This document shows, in pieces, positions 1 through 7,394 of a stretch of DNA of 44,904 nucleotides. The position numbers were made by a program, and so were the translations under genes. The first letter of the stretch is position 1. The number at the start of each line of letters is the position of its first letter. This stretch comes from Methanobacteriota archaeon. Its GTDB lineage: Archaea; Thermoplasmatota; Poseidoniia; Poseidoniales; Poseidoniaceae. A model generated the notes under the pieces. The model was not told the DNA's origin. It worked only from the letters and a program-made list of their open reading frames with translations, and ran no database searches. The stretch spans positions 1 to 44,904 of the forward strand of contig WTIA01000044.1 of assembly GCA_011522915.1 (NCBI GenBank). The letters are read 5' to 3'.

Positions 1-3
1 CCC

Positions 4-76
4 GGGTTAGTAGCTTAGTTGGGAGAGCGCGGCACTGAAGATGCCGAGGTCGCTGGTTCAAGTCCGGCCTAACCCA
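4..76 (+). tRNA. tRNA-Phe (anticodon GAA)
   Basis: Cloverleaf folded by hand. Acceptor GGGTTAG/CTAACCC, D-stem GCTT/GAGC, anticodon stem CGGCA/TGCCG with loop CTGAAGA (anticodon GAA), variable AGGTC, T-stem GCTGG/CCGGC with loop TTCAAGT, discriminator A. 73 nt. CCA is not fully encoded (followed by CCT). Confidence 0.9.
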
Positions 77-249
77 CCTTCAACACAACTAATTTTACTC
101 GTTGTAGTAAGTCTCAGTACTTCCTTTTTATAGTAATTTAACTCAGACCTAGCCTCCAATTCTGCTTCGGCTTGGGTAGTGAAAAATCAAGACGATTTCC
201 ATTATGCGCCGGCACAGTATTCATGTGCCTATGCCCCGTAGGGGCATTC

Positions 250-2352
250 ATGGGGTCCGACGATGTCGTTGGTGAGATTGAGTCAGCCTCAGAAGAAATT
301 ACCGATTCAAAGCCAATAGACAAAGTTTCCAAAGAGTTGGCTGCAATCAGAAAAAGAAGGAATAACGACTCTAGAAATCGGTTCCCTTCCGCTATCGAAG
401 ATTGGACACTATTGGCAGGTCTAGGATACGGTGCACTGTATGCGATGCTATTGTTTGGAATGTCGAGTGGAGTATTTGGTGAGTCGACTGCATTAGACCA
501 CTGGGCAAGCGACACTGCACTTGATAGTGGCGAACAATGTGAAGAAGTATTGGATACTCCTTGGATCCACGCATACCCTGACAATGACGTGGAAGCAGTC
601 AAGATTTCTGGAAGAAATTTGGCTGAAGGAATCCCAGTGTTGAATTGGACCGTTAGTGCTACTGATGGCGGAGAAACCCCCGAACCTTCTCAAGGTGAAA
701 TCAACAAAAAATCTGTTCGTATAAAATATTCAGAATGGAAAACAGGCACCTATGAATTGTACATTACAATCGATATTTACAATGAAAATACCAACATGTC
801 TTCACCAACAGAAGAAGATAGAGTAAATGGTACTGAAAGAATCGATAAAACTCTGGAATTTGAAATTAGCACATCAGAGAATGCGTTATCCTTCCTTCCG
901 TTTGTAGATTCAGAGGTTAAGCGTGAGGCTACAATCTTAGAAGATGGCCCACGTTCGTGCTGGTCTGTAACCGATTTAGGAAATTGGGGATTCGTGTTGA
1001 TGGGGGCTGAGTTGGGTGGTGGTCGTGAGACTGCTATGCTGACTGGAGGAGCTGCTGGAATTCCTGCTTGGTGGATGGCTTTCGTTTCGCTTTCACTTTC
1101 TGTGATTTCACTATTCTTAGCATACCCTGTTATGTACAAATTATACCACCAGGATACTGACGATATGCTTTCTAGAACACATATCAGAAAGGTGGTTGTA
1201 GATGTGCTGCGTAACTCTGAGTCGAGATTGCACATCAATATTGATTGGGATTTGTACAAAATCGAAGTCAGAGACTTGTCAATCGATATCATGGTCCCAT
1301 ATTCTAACACAGAGGGAACTTTTTCTGACAGCGCGGATGTAAGGTCTGAAATCCTCAAAGAAATATTGGAAGAGTTTGCGTTATTCCGAGTTTTCAAACC
1401 CGTCCAGTTAACAGTCAGGTCGATTGGAGATAATCAAGCCATTGACTTCGAAACTGGTGTTGGCGTAGGAAGTGGGATGATTGAGGATGAAGAAGCCGAA
1501 GACCAAGATTACACAACATTCTTCCGCGATTTGCACATGCTCTCAAAAGTTGAGGACGACGTCAGAGAATCCGTAAAGGGATACTTCCGTTCGACTAGTG
1601 ATTTGATTTTACAAATGGCTACAGTAACGAGTGAAGACTCGATAATTTTCGTAAGGGTTGCATACAAACCCAATCAGAGATTTGCATTCTTCAGATTCAA
1701 AGATTCCAATACTGACATTGAAAAGGACTTGAGAAAATATATCTCAAGAGAAAATCCAGAATTAGTTGGCACCCAAGAACTGATTGTCAAGGGAAGGAAC
1801 CTCGTATCAACTTTAGCAGATAGGTCGGGTGCTGGCCGAGTTGAAACGCTTGCAGCAAAGGACAGTAAGGATGCAAGAGTAGCAGCAGTAGCAAGACAGG
1901 ACGGATTAGGAGGTAGAGTTCTTCAGACGAAATTATTCGGGGATATCCTCTCAACCGTAGAGTACACCGCGAACGAAAAGCGTGAGATGATCAACAAATG
2001 GGGATTCTGGGGCTTAATCGTATTCGTATGGATTCCTTTCATGGCATCTGGAGTTTTGGTTGGGGCAATGCTTGGCCTTCTTTCTAGAATGAAATTCATG
2101 CGTGTGCTTTGGGCAACATTCTTTGGAGGCGCTGCTGCATCTCTAACCTGGGCTTACACAGCTGAAGGAATCATTACTGTAATGCACAAATACAAACTTG
2201 AGGCTGCGATTCCTATAGCAATCATCGCGTTCATAGGAATGGCATTCCTACACATGAGGTCAACAAAGATTCGAAGACAAGCAGAGTTGTTTGAGGACAC
2301 ACTTCTAGACTCATTCCATGCTGACATACGTGACAAGTATGGAAGCGAGTGA
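250..2352 (+). CDS. Large multi-pass membrane protein of unknown function. The C-terminal helices are weakly reminiscent of the COG2426 small-multidrug-export-like module.
   Basis: Uninterrupted 726-codon frame (track 172..2352). Position 172 is TTG, and in-frame ATGs lie at 223 and 250, so the start is uncertain. TM helices include LLAGLGYGALYAMLLFG, IPAWWMAFVSLSLSVISLFLAYPV and three C-terminal helices (WGFWGLIVFVWIPFMASGVLVGAMLGLL...). A soluble region of about 300 aa lies between them. No catalytic motif recognised. Confidence 0.6.
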   Translation: MGSDDVVGEIESASEEITDSKPIDKVSKELAAIRKRRNNDSRNRFPSAIEDWTLLAGLGYGALYAMLLFGMSSGVFGESTALDHWASDTALDSGEQCEEVLDTPWIHAYPDNDVEAVKISGRNLAEGIPVLNWTVSATDGGETPEPSQGEINKKSVRIKYSEWKTGTYELYITIDIYNENTNMSSPTEEDRVNGTERIDKTLEFEISTSENALSFLPFVDSEVKREATILEDGPRSCWSVTDLGNWGFVLMGAELGGGRETAMLTGGAAGIPAWWMAFVSLSLSVISLFLAYPVMYKLYHQDTDDMLSRTHIRKVVVDVLRNSESRLHINIDWDLYKIEVRDLSIDIMVPYSNTEGTFSDSADVRSEILKEILEEFALFRVFKPVQLTVRSIGDNQAIDFETGVGVGSGMIEDEEAEDQDYTTFFRDLHMLSKVEDDVRESVKGYFRSTSDLILQMATVTSEDSIIFVRVAYKPNQRFAFFRFKDSNTDIEKDLRKYISRENPELVGTQELIVKGRNLVSTLADRSGAGRVETLAAKDSKDARVAAVARQDGLGGRVLQTKLFGDILSTVEYTANEKREMINKWGFWGLIVFVWIPFMASGVLVGAMLGLLSRMKFMRVLWATFFGGAAASLTWAYTAEGIITVMHKYKLEAAIPIAIIAFIGMAFLHMRSTKIRRQAELFEDTLLDSFHADIRDKYGSE

Positions 2353-2361
2353 GGTGTTTGC

Positions 2362-2910
2362 ATGGTTGGAGACCCTGTAACATTAGGAATTCTCACGGTA
2401 TCAGATAGGGCTCACTCTGGCGAATATGAAGACGAAGGTGGACCTGCAATTTTAGGATTCTTTGAGGAGGCTATCGCATCAGAATGGAGCCACCATTACA
2501 AAATCGTGCCAGATGATATCTCTGAGATTTCTGATGCATTAATTGAGTTAACCGAACAACTCGGCTGTGACGTTGTTGTAACAACTGGAGGCACAGGTCC
2601 TGCTGAAAGAGATGTGACTCCAGAGGCAACTATGCAGGTCTGCGATAGAATACTACCGGGATTCGGTGAACAAATGAGAGCTATTTCACTCGAGTTTGTA
2701 CCGACTGCAATCCTCTCACGGCAAGTTGGAGGGACAAGAGGAAAAAGCCTCATTTTCAACTTGCCTGGTCGCCCTAAAGCAATAAGAGAGACTATAGACG
2801 AAATTTGGAAGGCAGTTCCATACTGCGTTGACCTATTAGGCGGCCCGTACATCGACATGAAAGATGATGTGTGCAATGCATTTAGACCAAAAAACGCTAG
2901 AAGAAGGTGA
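2362..2910 (+). CDS. mogA: Molybdopterin adenylyltransferase / molybdenum cofactor biosynthesis protein MogA
   Basis: Near-collinear with the E. coli MogA motifs as I remember them: GILTVSDRA..G.YED.GGPA, VVTTGGTGPAERDVTPEAT, LPGFGEQMRAISL.FVPTAILSRQVGG, LIFNLPGRPKAIRET, VPYCVDLL.GPY, AFRPK.ARR. ATG preceded by GAGGTG. Confidence 0.9.
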   Translation: MVGDPVTLGILTVSDRAHSGEYEDEGGPAILGFFEEAIASEWSHHYKIVPDDISEISDALIELTEQLGCDVVVTTGGTGPAERDVTPEATMQVCDRILPGFGEQMRAISLEFVPTAILSRQVGGTRGKSLIFNLPGRPKAIRETIDEIWKAVPYCVDLLGGPYIDMKDDVCNAFRPKNARRR

Positions 2911-2914
2911 AAAA

Positions 2915-4318
2915 ATGAGCGGAAATATGTTGATTACCGGTGCGAGTATGGTATTGCCTTCTGGAATTCAAAAAGGTGATTTGAGGATAACAGATGGCGT
3001 AATCTCTGAAATATCGACACAGGGCAATCTCGAACCCAATAGCGGAGATTACGTCTATGACGGAACTGGAATGCATCTCTTGCCAGGCATAATTGACCCA
3101 CAAGTCCATTTTAGAGACCCAGGTCAACCCGAAAAAGAAGACCTCTTCACTGGCTCAAGAGCTGCTGCAAGTGGCGGCGTTACCTCTTTCCTGGACATGC
3201 CAAACAATGTCCCAAGTCAAACAACCTTACAGTCAATGTACGATAAATTAGAAACCGCTGCAAAGAAGTGTGTAACGAATTATGGTTTCTTTATCGGGGC
3301 TACAGAGTCAAACGTAGAGGAACTGAAGAAAACCGTAGGCGTCCCGGGAGCACCGATTGCAATACCTGGTATTTGTGGAATCAAGATATTCATGGGCTCT
3401 TCAACTGGAGACCTTCTTGTGAATGAATCAGATGCTCTAAAGACTATTTTTGACAACACAGCTGGATTAATTGCGGTTCATGCAGAAGACGAAACTAGAA
3501 TGATCGAGAGACAGAAGATGATTGAAGGGCGTACTGATATGGCGGCACATGCTGAATGGAGAGATGATGAAACCGCTCTAATTGCTACAAAACGTGCAGT
3601 TGGCTACGCTCAAGACAGCGGCCACAGGCTTCACATCCTTCACCTAACCTCCGGAATCGAAGCAGATTGGTTAGGAGATGTCACTTCATTGCATGGTGAA
3701 GAAGGAAAAGCACACATTACGACCGAGGTTCTTCCTCAGCATCTTACCTTTGATGAAACCGATGTTGAAAGGCTAGGTACTAGACTCAAAATGAATCCAC
3801 CTATTCGGTACAAGAAAGACAAAGACACCTTGTGGAAAAGATTGCATGATGGAACCATTGCATGTATTGCAACAGACCATGCCCCGCACACAATGGAAAA
3901 CAAGCAACAGGGATTCCCGCTGGCCCACAGCGGAATGCCTGGTGTGGAAACCTCCTTATCAGTGATGCTTACTCACATGTCTCAAGGAAAATGTACACTG
4001 GAACAGGTCGTAAAGTGGATGTCAACAGATGTCGCAGAGTGCTATCAGATGGTTGGAAAAGGCCAGTTAGTAAAAGGATATGATGGAGACATAGTACTAG
4101 TTGACTTAAACAAGAAAATACAAGTCGAAGATGAGAATACTTGGACAACTGTAAAATGGAGTCCATTCGTTGGGAAGACATTAGTTGGTTGGCCGGTTTT
4201 AACCGTTGTAGACGGGATTCCAGTATTCGAAAGAAATGATGAAACTGGGCCAAAAGGTAAGTGCCTAGTGGATGCGGGGCAGGTAGGAAAACCTCTGGTA
4301 ATGTTGCCGTGGGATTAA
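2915..4318 (+). CDS. pyrC: Dihydroorotase (amidohydrolase superfamily)
   Basis: Motifs LPGIIDPQVHFRDPG, TGSRAAASGGVTSFLDMPNNVP and IATDHAPHTMENK are typical of class I dihydroorotase. Start placed at the ATG (MSGNMLITG) 5 nt after the mogA stop and preceded by AAGGTGA. The track ORF extends to 2864 but would then overlap mogA. Confidence 0.75.
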   Translation: MSGNMLITGASMVLPSGIQKGDLRITDGVISEISTQGNLEPNSGDYVYDGTGMHLLPGIIDPQVHFRDPGQPEKEDLFTGSRAAASGGVTSFLDMPNNVPSQTTLQSMYDKLETAAKKCVTNYGFFIGATESNVEELKKTVGVPGAPIAIPGICGIKIFMGSSTGDLLVNESDALKTIFDNTAGLIAVHAEDETRMIERQKMIEGRTDMAAHAEWRDDETALIATKRAVGYAQDSGHRLHILHLTSGIEADWLGDVTSLHGEEGKAHITTEVLPQHLTFDETDVERLGTRLKMNPPIRYKKDKDTLWKRLHDGTIACIATDHAPHTMENKQQGFPLAHSGMPGVETSLSVMLTHMSQGKCTLEQVVKWMSTDVAECYQMVGKGQLVKGYDGDIVLVDLNKKIQVEDENTWTTVKWSPFVGKTLVGWPVLTVVDGIPVFERNDETGPKGKCLVDAGQVGKPLVMLPWD

Positions 4319-4335
4319 AATAACGCTCTTGTGGA

Positions 4336-4341
4336 TTTTTT
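4336..4341 (+). terminator. Oligo-T tract (TTTTTT) downstream of pyrC, a possible archaeal-type terminator
   Basis: T6 run 18 nt after the pyrC stop, in one of the few true intergenic spacers. Archaeal termination commonly uses oligo-T. Not tested. Confidence 0.3.
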
Positions 4342-4391
4342 CAAACTACCAATTTATGTACTAAGTTATCAAATGTCACACCAGTGATAAC

Positions 4392-4703
4392 ATGAGTGGT
4401 TTAGAAGAGAAACTTGGACCAGGACATCAACAAATTGTGATTGGACTGCTAATTTTTGCAGCAGGTGCCTTATGGGGAATAATGCTTGCAAGTGGGGATG
4501 AAATCAATTTGAAAGACCTATTTATTTCAGCGGTAGTTATGCTCTCTGGAGCGATGATTACAATGTTAGGAATATCATTTGGTACAGATAATGAAGATGA
4601 TAGAACCAATGACTTGCAAGACGCAATAATGGAATTAACAGGAATGCTGAACACCCTTCAAGCAAAAGTTACCGGCAAGGGCAATAGTTCCGAAGAAGAG
4701 TAA
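4392..4703 (+). CDS. Small membrane protein (2 TM helices, acidic C-terminal tail), unknown function
   Basis: 103-codon ORF with an ATG start. Helices QQIVIGLLIFAAGALWGIMLA and LFISAVVMLSGAMITMLGISFG, then a coiled, acidic tail. No motif recognised. Confidence 0.5.
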   Translation: MSGLEEKLGPGHQQIVIGLLIFAAGALWGIMLASGDEINLKDLFISAVVMLSGAMITMLGISFGTDNEDDRTNDLQDAIMELTGMLNTLQAKVTGKGNSSEEE

Positions 4704-6191
4704 TTACAAATTGTACAATTTGGAATATTTTTCTTCAACATAATTCAGGAATGGCTCTGGACTGGGTGGAGATCCTGTCGCTGATTCAATTAGTTCCGCT
4801 GGTGTCATAACCGACCCTTTTTGGTGAATCTTATCACGCAACCAATCTAGCATTCCAGACCATTCTCCTGATTTGATAATCTCGTCAATGTCGCCTAATT
4901 CCTTGGACATGGTCTGTAACAACTGTGCAGCATACAAATTCCCTAGCGTGTAGGTTGGGAAATAACCAAATGCACCCATCGACCAATGTATATCCTGAAG
5001 ACAGCCCAGTGAATCATTTGGTACTTCGATTCCAAACCACTCTTTCATCATTTGATTCCATGTTGAAGGTATATCTTCTACCTTTAATCCACCATTGAAA
5101 ATCATTTTTTCAATTTCATACCTAATCATGATATGAAGATTGTAAGTTATCTCATCGGCTTCAACTCTAATGAAATCTGGCTTGACCTCATTGGCGACTA
5201 AATCCAGAGTTTCACTACTCCAATCAGGACAGTCAGGGAATTCTTCCTTGAACCAAGGCATTGCAACATTCCAAAACGCTGCAGTTCTTCCAATTTGATT
5301 CTCCCAAAATCGTGATTGAGATTCATGAACACCTAAAGAAACAGCAGTTCCTACTGGAGAAAAACTGTATTGCCTAGGCAAGCCTTGTTCATACACTCCG
5401 TGACCTGATTCATGCATTACTGCGTAAAGGCATGAGAATGGGTCTTTTTCGTCAAATCTAGTTGTAAATCTTGTATCGTCAGGCCACAGTCCCGCACAAA
5501 ATGGATGAGTTGAGCGGTCCATTCTTCCTGCTTCAAAATCGAAGCCCATCGCTTTGCTTACTTTACTGCAAAACTTTTCTTGACCATCGGCCGGGAAGGT
5601 CATTTCATCTGGCAATCTAGGAATTTCAACATCCGAATCCATAATCTTTGCAAGAAGAGGTACTAATCGAGATTTCAGCCCAGAGAAGAGCGGGTCGTAA
5701 TCCTCGACAGTCATTCCAACCTCGTATTCATCCAAAAGTACGTCGTATGGCGTGTGCTCACATCCAAGGTAACCGATTTTCTTGTGTGTGAGATCAATCA
5801 ATTTCTGCAAATGTGGTGCGAACTGAGAAAAATCACTCTCACTGCGAGCTTTTTGCCATGCAATAAGTGCCTCGCTACGTGCTTTGGTAAATTCTGAGAC
5901 GAATTCAGTAGGCAATTTCACAGCCTCATCATACTTTCTTCTCATCTCTTTCAGATTTGCTGCAAAGTAATCATCATGCTCTGAGTTTTCCAACTCTGAA
6001 ATAATAGAACCCATACTCTGGTCAATCAATCTGCTGTGTCGTTGTGCTGCCAACCAAGCCAGAATTTCTCCTCTAGCCTTAGCACCCTTTGGTGGCATAA
6101 TCGTTTCTTGGTCCCAACCTAGATGTCCTTGGATTGCCTCAAACCTATACAGGTCTGTGACTTTGGTCATGAATTCTTCTTTGATTCCCAT
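4704..6191 (-). CDS. Carboxypeptidase Taq-type metallopeptidase (MEROPS M32)
   Basis: HESGHGVYEQG (HExxH zinc site), STHPFC, IRVEADEITYNLHIMIRYEIE and DIHWSMGAFGYFPTYTLGN are M32 hallmarks. The track start 6245 is GTG. The first ATG (MGIKEEF...) is at 6191. Confidence 0.85.
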   Translation of the reverse strand: MGIKEEFMTKVTDLYRFEAIQGHLGWDQETIMPPKGAKARGEILAWLAAQRHSRLIDQSMGSIISELENSEHDDYFAANLKEMRRKYDEAVKLPTEFVSEFTKARSEALIAWQKARSESDFSQFAPHLQKLIDLTHKKIGYLGCEHTPYDVLLDEYEVGMTVEDYDPLFSGLKSRLVPLLAKIMDSDVEIPRLPDEMTFPADGQEKFCSKVSKAMGFDFEAGRMDRSTHPFCAGLWPDDTRFTTRFDEKDPFSCLYAVMHESGHGVYEQGLPRQYSFSPVGTAVSLGVHESQSRFWENQIGRTAAFWNVAMPWFKEEFPDCPDWSSETLDLVANEVKPDFIRVEADEITYNLHIMIRYEIEKMIFNGGLKVEDIPSTWNQMMKEWFGIEVPNDSLGCLQDIHWSMGAFGYFPTYTLGNLYAAQLLQTMSKELGDIDEIIKSGEWSGMLDWLRDKIHQKGSVMTPAELIESATGSPPSPEPFLNYVEEKYSKLYNL

Positions 6192-6275
6192 ATTGCTTGC
6201 CAAGAAGCATTTCAACTTCAAGATTTCACGTGGTGTCGGGCACACTTTGAAGGCATGAACTTACTACCACCTATC

Positions 6276-7394
6276 ATGGCCTCTCCCTTTCGCCGTAAAA
6301 CTAAGGAGAGAGAGGCAAGGGCAGATAGCGACGATTTGGAACTCGAGGAAGTTGTAGAATCAGAGGAACCATTAGAGGAAAATGTTGCCGAAGTTCTAGA
6401 AAGTTTAGACCTAGAACTGGCTCTATTTGAATCTGCAAAACGTGTTACCCATACATGTATGGATATCAGAAGAGGAGAAAACGTACTGATCGTTTGCGAC
6501 CCTACTACAGGACAAATCGGTCAAGCATTACATAAAGCTGCGACCGAAAGGTCAGATAGAGTCCTACTCATTGTAATGCCAAAAGGTAGACACCATTCAG
6601 AAGAACCTCCTACTCCGGTTGCTAACCTGATGAAGCAGCAACAAATTGTAATCGCTCCAACAAAATACTCTCTCACCCATACAAGGGCGATTAGAGCCGC
6701 CTTGAAAGATGGTGCTAGAGTTGCAACGATGCCTGGTATGACAGATGATATGTTCGTTAGTGGAGGTATGACGGCTGACTTTAATCAGATCAAGAAAAGT
6801 CTGTCAGATTTTTCAAGTAAACTGAGGAGGAAAAAACTCGTTCATGTCAAGGACTCAAGAGGCACTGATGTCGAATTTGAAGTATCATGGAAAGACTGGA
6901 ATCTCGACGATAATGGAATTTGTAACAGACCAAGAATGATTACCAACCTTCCTGCAGGAAAGGCATTTGTCTTACCTAAAGAAGGGACTATGAACGGGAA
7001 AATTGTCATCGATGGCACGTGGGAATCTACCCTACTCAATGAACCTCTGGAATTAATTGTTGAAAACGGAATTGTGATCGATATCAAAGGTGATGCTACA
7101 GCAGCCCAAATTCGGCAACAATTTGGAGAGGCGGCTTCTAAATTAAGATCCAAAGATAGGGAACTGGTTTGGACAGTGGCTGAATTTGGATTCGGCATGA
7201 ACCCAAACGCACAGATTACTGGTCACGTGCTAGAAGATGAAAAGCAACTAGGAACTTGCTACTTTTCAATAGGTGACAATACAAGCATGGGAGGAAATGC
7301 TGCAGTGGGAATTCATATTCCTGGTGTAATCACAAAACCTTCTGTTTGGCTAGATGATTCACAAATCCTAGATAGTGGCAAATTTATCGAATAA
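6276..7394 (+). CDS. Aminopeptidase, M29/AmpS-like (COG2309)
   Basis: C-terminal FGFGMNPNAQITGHVLEDEKQLGTCYFSIGDN resembles the metal-binding segment of M29 aminopeptidases, and the length fits. The track ORF starts at 6123 but overlaps the divergent M32 gene. Likely starts are ATG 6255 or 6276. Acidic N-terminal extension. Confidence 0.6.
   Translation: MASPFRRKTKEREARADSDDLELEEVVESEEPLEENVAEVLESLDLELALFESAKRVTHTCMDIRRGENVLIVCDPTTGQIGQALHKAATERSDRVLLIVMPKGRHHSEEPPTPVANLMKQQQIVIAPTKYSLTHTRAIRAALKDGARVATMPGMTDDMFVSGGMTADFNQIKKSLSDFSSKLRRKKLVHVKDSRGTDVEFEVSWKDWNLDDNGICNRPRMITNLPAGKAFVLPKEGTMNGKIVIDGTWESTLLNEPLELIVENGIVIDIKGDATAAQIRQQFGEAASKLRSKDRELVWTVAEFGFGMNPNAQITGHVLEDEKQLGTCYFSIGDNTSMGGNAAVGIHIPGVITKPSVWLDDSQILDSGKFIE

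Noticed and set aside
1-171. tRNA-Phe as an integration site (att) for a genomic island
   Set aside because: I found no copy of the tRNA 3' half (for example GGTTCAAGTCCGGCC) elsewhere in the window. There is no integrase or recombinase, and housekeeping genes follow immediately.
138-1397. Minus-strand ORFs 138..602 (154 aa) and 777..1397 (206 aa) overlapping the first gene
   Set aside because: They are Ser-rich with no motifs and lie entirely within the 726-codon plus-strand frame, which has clear TM-helix structure. Treated as shadow ORFs.
2864-2914. N-terminal extensions offered by the ORF track: pyrC from 2864, aminopeptidase from 6123, uvrC from 32981, taw2 from 37724, 1040-aa protein from 37953
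   Set aside because: Each extension overlaps the neighbouring gene or adds residues ahead of a canonical N-terminus (a signal peptide or the GIY-YIG motif). Internal ATGs, some with GGTGA-type ribosome-binding sites, give better models. Several track starts are GTG or TTG (172, 6245, 15238, 18021, 21808, 30492, 39810, 40310).
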